Below are positions 57,345 to 64,000 of a stretch of 64,000 nucleotides of DNA, piece after piece (the first letter of the stretch is position 1; each line of letters starts with the position of its first letter). The translations under genes and the position numbers were made by a program. Source of the DNA: a virus (lineage: Duplodnaviria > Caudoviricetes); the IMG/VR virus record IMGVR_UViG_2597489997_000001, positions 96,001 to 160,000 of that record. One strand, given 5' to 3'. Below the pieces are notes generated by a model. That model did no database searches and had not been told where the DNA came from. It saw nothing but the letters and a program-made list of their open reading frames with translations.

Positions 57345-59777
57345 ATGCAACTTGTAACTTGTGCGTTCCCTGGAACTGGTAAGTCTACCATTTCTAACAA
57401 CGCAGAACAATACGGGCTTATCAAAGCGCACGTCTATTATGATGACAGAGAAGGCGTTTGTGTCAGTCTCTTAAACTCTGATAAAGTTCCCGTATTTGAC
57501 TCGGACAGTTCAATCTTTCCGAAAGAAAACTTTCCGAGCAATTATGTAGAACACATCAAGGGACTCCTTCGAGATTTCCCCGAATGTGTTATCATGGTAT
57601 CAAGCCACGACAATGTCCGTGAGGCATTACGTGAAGCTGGTATCGACTATATCCTTGTTTATCCACAACGTGAACTCAAGGGTGATTACCTCGAACGCTA
57701 TGAAGGCCGTGGGTCTCCAGAACCGTTCATTAAACTGATGGATGATAAATGGAATGATTTCATTGACTCTTGTGAGTCGGATCCTTCCACATCCAAACGT
57801 GTACTATCCGAAGGGGAATATCTCGTGGATAAAATTGAAGAGTTGAAGAAGTTTTGGCCTGCTAAGAAAGTAGACGGGAATGAAGCTTTCCCAACTGCTG
57901 TCATTTCAGGTACCGAGTCAATTGGCGATATCGTCAGTGATGGTGAAGGTAATGCAGTAGCTGTCTGGGGTCAGAATGGTCTGGAACCATTACCTGCTGA
58001 TGACGGTGTTACCACTGGTGATGTCATCATCGACGGTGAAACTGGGCAGGTAGTTGGTACAGTAACTGAGGTTGAAGTAGAAGCCGAAGCTAAACCTGGC
58101 CAACCTGGTGTTACTGTAGAAGTAGAAACTGAAGTTCAGCCAGCTCCTGGCGTTTCTGCGGAACAAGTAGTTGAAGCAGTTGTAGCCGCTACTCCGTGCG
58201 AACCAGACAACGTTGATGTTGAAGTTAAACAAGACGGTACTGTTGTGGTGGAAGCTTCTGAAGTTATGCCTGCGGGCGAAGCTTCTGAAGTTGTTGCGGA
58301 AGTTGTTGGTGCTCAAGCTGATGCTCCAGAAACTGTAGTTGTTCAGCCTGCTGATGTAGTTGTTGAAGCAGAAGGTAGTTTTAACCCAACTGCTGCGATC
58401 TTCGCTGCTGCTCTGGGTGATAACCCTGCTCCTGAACCAACTGTGGCTCCTGGTCCTGCCATTGTTGATCTGGCAGAACTGAATGGTCCTGATACTCAGG
58501 TAGTCGTTGCTGCTGAAGAACCAACTGTAGCTGCCGTTGTCGTTGATGACGGTACTCTGACCTCCGAGGTTGTTAGCGTTCAGGCTGATCCTTCTGTTGC
58601 TCCTGTTTCTGGCGAAGTCATTGTTGACGGCCAAGAAGACGCAGGCGGTGAAGTGACTGTTGACGTCGATCCTAAAACCGGCGTAGTTGAAGTTGAAACC
58701 GCAGAAGGTACTGTTACTGTGACCCAAGAAGAAGTTAAAGTTGACGGTGCTGACATCGTTGTTACTGGTGCAGTTGAAGGCGACGACCTTGTTCAGACCG
58801 ATGCTGATCGTGCTGACCTGATTGAGCTGAAGCTGGACATGCAGAACGATATCGATGCTATCGAGCCTATCGTAGCTATGGGTAAAACGGAAGAGCATGC
58901 TGGTAATGAAGCATTTGCAGCCGGTTCCGAAATCTTAAACAAAGCAGCTGCTGAAGCCAAAGCAACTTACGGCATCGAAATGGAACCTACCCTAGCAGGT
59001 CTGGAAGGTTTCCTGGAAGGATTGAAAGGTGCAGTGGGTAAAATTACTGCCGCTCTGAAATCCAAGCCAACTAAACAGGATCTCTCTATCGTTAAGAAAT
59101 ATCTTTACGAGAATGAGAAAGCTGCTGCGGTTTATTCCAGTGCTGATTGGCAAGGTAAGCAAACCTTCATCGAAGGCGGTAACGTCACTGTACAAACCCC
59201 TGCTTTGCTGAGTAATGCTACCACTCCTTCTGAAGTGGCTGGTGTGGTAAACTCCATGTTGAAGAATGCTGAAGATGCTTTCAGTAAACATGTTAAGAAC
59301 GAAACTGAACGTCTTAAAGCCGGTGTGAAAGCTTTCAACGCTATTCGCAACCTGGGTAAAGATGCTCCGGTATCAGAGCTTGAAAAGCATCTACCTATCA
59401 AACCAGAAAAACTGACCTCGGGCGTAGCAGACGCTGGTCTGGATAAAGTAGAAGTTGGTTTGTCTGGCAAAGAGCTTCCAGTTCTGACTGCTGACAAAGT
59501 AAAAGAAGTTGTTAAGATCATGGATACCATTACTGATACGCTGGTTAAGTTTATCCGTATGGAAGAAAGCACTTTCGATCTCTATCCTGGTGATGAAGTC
59601 GAACGTTCTGCCTTTATCGAAGCGCATGAAAATACCGGTGCTGTTAAAGAACTGCTCAGCGTGATCGAGTACCGTTCAAGCCCAGTGTCCTTCACTGCTA
59701 TCGACAAAGCACTCCATGAAAAACTGCTTCCAATTGCACAGTTCTTGGAAAGCTGGATCCTCAAATCAGTTAAATAA
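57345..59777 (+). CDS. Fusion of P-loop kinase-like domain, acidic V/E/A/P-rich linker and head-protein domain
   Basis: AFPGTGKST Walker A and FDSDSS at the N-terminus; many G-x-E sites; C-terminal ~290 aa paralogous to the next gene. Confidence 0.7.
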   Translation: MQLVTCAFPGTGKSTISNNAEQYGLIKAHVYYDDREGVCVSLLNSDKVPVFDSDSSIFPKENFPSNYVEHIKGLLRDFPECVIMVSSHDNVREALREAGIDYILVYPQRELKGDYLERYEGRGSPEPFIKLMDDKWNDFIDSCESDPSTSKRVLSEGEYLVDKIEELKKFWPAKKVDGNEAFPTAVISGTESIGDIVSDGEGNAVAVWGQNGLEPLPADDGVTTGDVIIDGETGQVVGTVTEVEVEAEAKPGQPGVTVEVETEVQPAPGVSAEQVVEAVVAATPCEPDNVDVEVKQDGTVVVEASEVMPAGEASEVVAEVVGAQADAPETVVVQPADVVVEAEGSFNPTAAIFAAALGDNPAPEPTVAPGPAIVDLAELNGPDTQVVVAAEEPTVAAVVVDDGTLTSEVVSVQADPSVAPVSGEVIVDGQEDAGGEVTVDVDPKTGVVEVETAEGTVTVTQEEVKVDGADIVVTGAVEGDDLVQTDADRADLIELKLDMQNDIDAIEPIVAMGKTEEHAGNEAFAAGSEILNKAAAEAKATYGIEMEPTLAGLEGFLEGLKGAVGKITAALKSKPTKQDLSIVKKYLYENEKAAAVYSSADWQGKQTFIEGGNVTVQTPALLSNATTPSEVAGVVNSMLKNAEDAFSKHVKNETERLKAGVKAFNAIRNLGKDAPVSELEKHLPIKPEKLTSGVADAGLDKVEVGLSGKELPVLTADKVKEVVKIMDTITDTLVKFIRMEESTFDLYPGDEVERSAFIEAHENTGAVKELLSVIEYRSSPVSFTAIDKALHEKLLPIAQFLESWILKSVK

Positions 59778-59787
59778 GGTAAACGTA

Positions 59788-61059
59788 ATGGAACTGAAAA
59801 ACATCGCTGACATCAAGAAAAAGATGCAGGGTGATATCGGAACCCTTACCAAAGTGATCTCCGCCTGTTCGCAGGCGGATACCCGCTCTGGTATGGAAGG
59901 CTATGAAGATGGCGGTAAAGTATTTACTGACGCCGCTAATCACTTCAAAACCCAATATGGTGTTTCCGTAGAACCTACCTTGGCTGGTATGGAATCTCTG
60001 GTTACTCAGCTGGCCACTGGTCTGAAGAAGATCGAAGATAAAGAAACTTCCGATGCTATTCTGACCCACATGTTAGTTGGGACTGAATCACGTAAGGCTG
60101 ATTTAGTATTGGCTCAAATACGTGGTACAAGTGATCTTCACGTCCTGACCTCGATGATCTCTAACCGTCAGGATGGTATCGACGGGATGGAAGATGGTGG
60201 TACTCACTTCGGCCACATGGTTTCTACCATTAAAGAACACTACGGTGTTGAAGTGGAACCCACGTTGTCCGGTCTGGAAAGTTTTAGCTCTGTTCTTAAA
60301 TCAGCAATCGGGAGCATTACTAACCTGATGAAAGGTAAGAATAAAGCAGAGAAAGCTCGTCTGATCAAACGTAACTTCGCTCAAGCAGAAGAAGCTGTTA
60401 AGCAATACGCTTCAGCTGAATGGCTGGGTAAGCGAGAGTACGTCGAAGATAAGACCGTTAAAGTCAAAACCCCGGCGGTCTTCAAAGATGTTAAGAACAT
60501 CTCCGATCTGATGGGTGTTGTCAATGGTATTCAGAAAGATGTTGATTCTGCGTTGGCCAAACATACGGCGGTTATCAATCAGCGCTTGACCGCTGGCCTG
60601 AAAGTATTCAATCAGTACGACAACAAAGATCCTGGTGATAAGGAAATTACAAAAGAGCTCGATGGTCTGGTAATTACCCCTCCTTATCTTAAAGGCGGTG
60701 TTGACGACTCCAAGCTGAAAGAAGTTAAACTCGGGACTTCTCCTGTTGAACTTCCGACGCTGGATGAAGCAGGTGTTAAATCCGCTGTGTCTGCTTTGGG
60801 TAAATTAATCGCTGGTATCCACACTCTGTGGGCGAAACTAGAAACCATAGATAGTAAGCTTCTGTATGAAGAGGATATCTATCAGTCCGATTTCTGGAAT
60901 AAAATGACTTCCGGTAAAGGTTTCGGTCAACTGTGGGATGCGGTCACTTATGACGCTGCCCGTGAAGTGAAAGAGATCGGGTTTGCCTACGACGACGTGG
61001 TACTCACCATTGCTCAGTTCATCGAAGGTTGGATGCTGGCTTCCATCAAGCACAACTAA
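59788..61059 (+). CDS. Virion head protein with duplicated propeptide module
   Basis: Start 59788 (AAGGT SD). SGME, AGME/S, VGTE/S, DGME and SGLE/S sites; paralogous to the C-terminus of the upstream gene. Confidence 0.65.
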   Translation: MELKNIADIKKKMQGDIGTLTKVISACSQADTRSGMEGYEDGGKVFTDAANHFKTQYGVSVEPTLAGMESLVTQLATGLKKIEDKETSDAILTHMLVGTESRKADLVLAQIRGTSDLHVLTSMISNRQDGIDGMEDGGTHFGHMVSTIKEHYGVEVEPTLSGLESFSSVLKSAIGSITNLMKGKNKAEKARLIKRNFAQAEEAVKQYASAEWLGKREYVEDKTVKVKTPAVFKDVKNISDLMGVVNGIQKDVDSALAKHTAVINQRLTAGLKVFNQYDNKDPGDKEITKELDGLVITPPYLKGGVDDSKLKEVKLGTSPVELPTLDEAGVKSAVSALGKLIAGIHTLWAKLETIDSKLLYEEDIYQSDFWNKMTSGKGFGQLWDAVTYDAAREVKEIGFAYDDVVLTIAQFIEGWMLASIKHN

Positions 61060-61078
61060 GTAAATCTGTAACTAATCT

Positions 61079-61107
61079 GGGTATAGGCTAACCCCTATAC
61101 CCATTTT
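61079..61107 (+). terminator. Intrinsic terminator
   Basis: GGGTATAGG-ctaacc-CCTATACCC followed by ATTTT. Confidence 0.65.
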
Positions 61108-61191
61108 GCTGTCTGTTGAAATTTTGCCACCTGCTTTAGCCGGACCAATAACGGTACCCGCAAAGCACACGCATATATAAGGAAGTAGTAA

Positions 61192-62427
61192 ATGGCCCGT
61201 AGTTCTGACATTCGTATTTTCATCGCTAAGAAATTCCCTACTCTCCCAATGGGTCTCATCTACGTTGAACTCCATTCATTAATTACTACAATGGAATCAG
61301 CCAAAGACGCAGAAGGTTACAAACCTGAGTACGGCACCACTTTCCAAAATGAATGGGTCAAAGATACCGTTCATATTAAACCAGGTAATAAAGTTGCTTT
61401 TGTATCCAGTAAGGTTTCCTTTACTGAGAAGTCCATTTATCAGTTCCTGGAAGAACTGTCAGTTATCAGACATATTGACATGACTGGGGATATGACATTC
61501 CTGGACATGTATGGCGTTGTGCCGCTAGATGACGTGAAAGATATAATGTCACCTGCCGAAGTTGCAGGACTCAATGCTGAGGTCTACGCTACGCTTATGA
61601 AGCGTTGGTATAACCGTCATCGTGATGGGGCTAGCAATGCAACTATAATTCAACGTCGCTTGCGGAATGTTGATGCACATATTGAAGTGATGTTGGATAA
61701 GTTTGTCTTCCATCAAGACCAACGCAAGATGAGTTTCGATGTGAAGTATGTCGGTAAGACAGAACCTCATATCTTCTTGGTACCTGACTATGCATTTGAC
61801 ATTAAAGATACCAGCAGTAAGAAGTTCCGACTTTATCACCGTGATGTTGAAAAATACGTCACTGCTGGAAACATTAATTTTGGTGATGCGGTAACTAAGA
61901 TATCTGAATTTACTGGTGGCGAGAATAAGCATATTGCTCATGCGCTCCAGGCGATCATCGGGGAGGTGATTGGATGTGTGGCTAGTGGCAACACCGATAT
62001 CTTTGTTGTCGAGGGTTATCATCACGATTACACAATCAAAGCGGCGTGGGTATCTACTCCCCACAAAACTACAATCACCTTTAGTGTAAGACCTCGTAAA
62101 CCGGCAGACCCGACTCATGTGGGAATCAATATCACTAGTGAGTTGAACCAGCTTATTGTTAGTATGAACAAATACGCGGGAGAATTCGAGCAGGCTCATG
62201 TTTCATATGTCGGGGGTTTGCTGGATGTAGCTACCAATGGCGCATTCCTATCTCAGTACGCGAATAAGCTCCCACCGGTATTATCCGACTATACCGCAGA
62301 GGTTGTTCAACCTAGTGATCTTACCGAGCATTTGGTAATTACACCCGCTGTCAAGAAAATACATGACCCTCGTCGCTATAACCTTCGATTCGTGACTCAA
62401 GGGACGCGTAAGCTAATCCCTAGGTAG
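61192..62427 (+). CDS. Hypothetical protein (may extend to 62572 via a +1 frameshift)
   Basis: 411 aa, AAGGA SD. Confidence 0.65.
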   Translation: MARSSDIRIFIAKKFPTLPMGLIYVELHSLITTMESAKDAEGYKPEYGTTFQNEWVKDTVHIKPGNKVAFVSSKVSFTEKSIYQFLEELSVIRHIDMTGDMTFLDMYGVVPLDDVKDIMSPAEVAGLNAEVYATLMKRWYNRHRDGASNATIIQRRLRNVDAHIEVMLDKFVFHQDQRKMSFDVKYVGKTEPHIFLVPDYAFDIKDTSSKKFRLYHRDVEKYVTAGNINFGDAVTKISEFTGGENKHIAHALQAIIGEVIGCVASGNTDIFVVEGYHHDYTIKAAWVSTPHKTTITFSVRPRKPADPTHVGINITSELNQLIVSMNKYAGEFEQAHVSYVGGLLDVATNGAFLSQYANKLPPVLSDYTAEVVQPSDLTEHLVITPAVKKIHDPRRYNLRFVTQGTRKLIPR

Positions 62428-62572
62428 CGTTGATCCAAAAGAACTCACTCAGATGAAGACGATATCTGATATGATGGCCGATGTCGATGATGGTCGTGTC
62501 GTGAGTTGGGAGAGTATCAAAAATCCTAAACAAACTGTTTGGTCTCGTTTAACCGGATTCTTCAAGAAATAA

Positions 62573-62612
62573 CATACCCCTACTCTCCTTAACCGGAGAG
62601 TAGGGAGTTATG
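62573..62612 (+). terminator. Hairpin framed by CATA...TTATG
   Basis: CATACCCCTACTCTCC-ttaacc-GGAGAGTAGGGAGTTATG followed by a T-rich tract. Confidence 0.7.
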
Positions 62613-62636
62613 ATTTGTTTTTCATTTGTATTTAAA

Positions 62637-62660
62637 GTGAAACAGATATTATCAAATTGT
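62637..62660 (+). promoter_or_regulatory. Phage early-type promoter motif
   Basis: GTGAAACAGATATTATCAAATTGT shares CAGATATTATC-N4-TGT with the copies at 13727 and 49290. Confidence 0.6.
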
Positions 62661-62693
62661 ATAAACGTTTATATTAATATAGAGGATTTACTT

Positions 62694-63455
62694 ATGAAAA
62701 CTATTGACCGTAATGCATTTACTCAAACTACAATCGAAGCTATCGGTTATTATGTTTACTCTCTGATCGATCCACGTAACGGCGAAACTTTCTACGTCGG
62801 TAAAGGTGTAGGTAACCGCGTATTCATGCATGTTCAGGATTCCCTGAAAACTCCGCACTCTACTGACAAGCTCGACCGTATTCGTGAGATCCACGATGAG
62901 GGTTATGAAGTAACTCATTTGATTATCCGTCACGGCATGACCGAAGATCAGGCATTTGAAGTAGAGGCCGCTATTATCGACATGACACCAAATCTAACTA
63001 ACTTAGTTAAAGGTCATGGTTCTATTCGCGGCCCTAAGTCTATCAAGCAGATCAACGAAATGTACGATGCTGAAATCGCCGACATCGATGGTCTGAAAGT
63101 TCTGATGATTAAAATCAATAATAGTTACGGCAAAATGGATCCTATTGATGCGACCTGTTTCTCCTGGAAGATCTCCGCAGAGAAAATGATGAAAGCTGAT
63201 GTTATCCTGGGTGTTGCTAATGGGATCATCCGTACTGTATTAGAACCTCGTGGTTGGAATTTCTCTAACCCAATCCAACATGGTGAGATGTGGGAACATT
63301 ATGGATTCGACCACATGGACCAAGAACAGCGTAAGCGTAAAGTAATCAAAGCTATACCTGCCGACATTCTTTTACATGAACGTTTGATAGGTAAAGCTAT
63401 ACCTGCTGAATACTCCATGAAGGGTTCTCAGCAAGCACTTCGTTATAACTACTAA
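62694..63455 (+). CDS. GIY-YIG family (LEM-3-like) nuclease
   Basis: Start 62694 (GAGG SD). YYVY.L.DPR....FYVGKG.GNR...H, EA.II and LTN.V.G motifs. Confidence 0.8.
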   Translation: MKTIDRNAFTQTTIEAIGYYVYSLIDPRNGETFYVGKGVGNRVFMHVQDSLKTPHSTDKLDRIREIHDEGYEVTHLIIRHGMTEDQAFEVEAAIIDMTPNLTNLVKGHGSIRGPKSIKQINEMYDAEIADIDGLKVLMIKINNSYGKMDPIDATCFSWKISAEKMMKADVILGVANGIIRTVLEPRGWNFSNPIQHGEMWEHYGFDHMDQEQRKRKVIKAIPADILLHERLIGKAIPAEYSMKGSQQALRYNY

Positions 63456-63472
63456 CATAGAGGAAAGTAGAA

Positions 63473-63829
63473 ATGGCTAAATATAACGCACCGTCAGTAA
63501 TACTGGCAAAAGAACTTATTGCTTCTCGTTTAAGTTTCGTCTTGATTCAAAAGCTAAAGACAACCACTCGAGGTGTACTCGCTACACGCATCGGTATGAG
63601 CCGTCACATGGTTAACCGATTAGCCCGTGGTGTTAGCAAGAATGTTTCACTGGACGCCATGCTGTTGGTTGCAGAGCGTTTAAACGTTAAATATAAAGTA
63701 TCAATGGAATGGTCTGGTAAAGGACTGCCCGCCGTAACGGTAGAGTTAGTTGATCTTTACCCTGGACTGAAGAAACCCGTCACTAAAGTCCCTAAACACC
63801 AATCCGATAATGAATTCTACATAGGTTAG
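63473..63829 (+). CDS. XRE-family helix-turn-helix protein
   Basis: TRGVLATRIGMSRHMVNRLARG....SLD..L..A..L; GAGG SD. Confidence 0.75.
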   Translation: MAKYNAPSVILAKELIASRLSFVLIQKLKTTTRGVLATRIGMSRHMVNRLARGVSKNVSLDAMLLVAERLNVKYKVSMEWSGKGLPAVTVELVDLYPGLKKPVTKVPKHQSDNEFYIG

Positions 63830-63834
63830 TCCCA

Positions 63835-64000
63835 ATGCCTCCTAAGAACGTCACTGATGTACCAGAAACAATTAAGCGTGCCATCTATGCTCCTATTTAT
63901 GAGGAGATGAGCCAACTGAAAAGAGCCACTACTCAGAAAGAGTTAGCTAGCACTTTCGGTGTAAGCCAAACCACCATAGGTAGTATTCTCAATGGTGGGA
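63835..64000 (+). CDS. Second XRE-family HTH protein, truncated by the window edge
   Basis: MPPKNVTDVPET...TQKELASTFGVSQTTIGSILNGG, open to the end of the window. Confidence 0.7.
   Translation, partial: MPPKNVTDVPETIKRAIYAPIYEEMSQLKRATTQKELASTFGVSQTTIGSILNGG

Noticed and set aside
57990-58898. 302-aa antisense ORF rich in N/F/S
   Set aside because: Mirror of the low-complexity GTT/GAA/GCT-rich linker on the + strand.
61549-62199. 216-aa antisense ORF
   Set aside because: Fully inside a + strand gene with a good SD; no recognisable motifs.
1-64000. Alternative genetic code, tRNA genes, introns or inteins
   Set aside because: Core genes are intact under the standard code with expected lengths. 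No cloverleaf or intein/intron signature was recognised by eye; a tRNAscan or Rfam run would be needed to exclude them fully.

Overview
This 64 kb window is from a phiKZ-related (Chimalliviridae-like) jumbo myophage; this is inferred from protein motifs and gene order, and no database search was run. It carries the conserved block of DnaB helicase, major capsid protein (MCP), a non-virion RNA polymerase subunit, portal and baseplate genes. It also has head proteins with G-x-E prohead-protease sites, RuvC, a holin-like gene, an overlapped spanin pair, three giant tail-fibre-like paralogues (one ending in about 20 DUF285/BspA-type repeats), a baseplate spike, SbcC, a signal-peptide lytic transglycosylase, NAD-dependent ligase, RNase H, a GIY-YIG nuclease and XRE-type HTH genes. 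The most striking unexplained signal is three small genes in the accessory region (48627-49145, 53669-54106, 56695-57307). Each is a free-standing, diverged copy of one internal domain of the phage's own MCP (residues about 181-410, probably the E-loop insertion domain). They are candidate capsid mimics/decoys or assembly modulators. The third copy is split by a +1 frameshift and is therefore mis-called by the ORF track. Other signals are a P-loop kinase-like domain fused to a head protein, a small acidic DNA-mimic-like protein, a recurring early-promoter motif, a family of CATA...TATG-framed hairpins, and head-to-head genes only 20-38 bp apart. No tRNA, rRNA, CRISPR array or mobile element was recognised.
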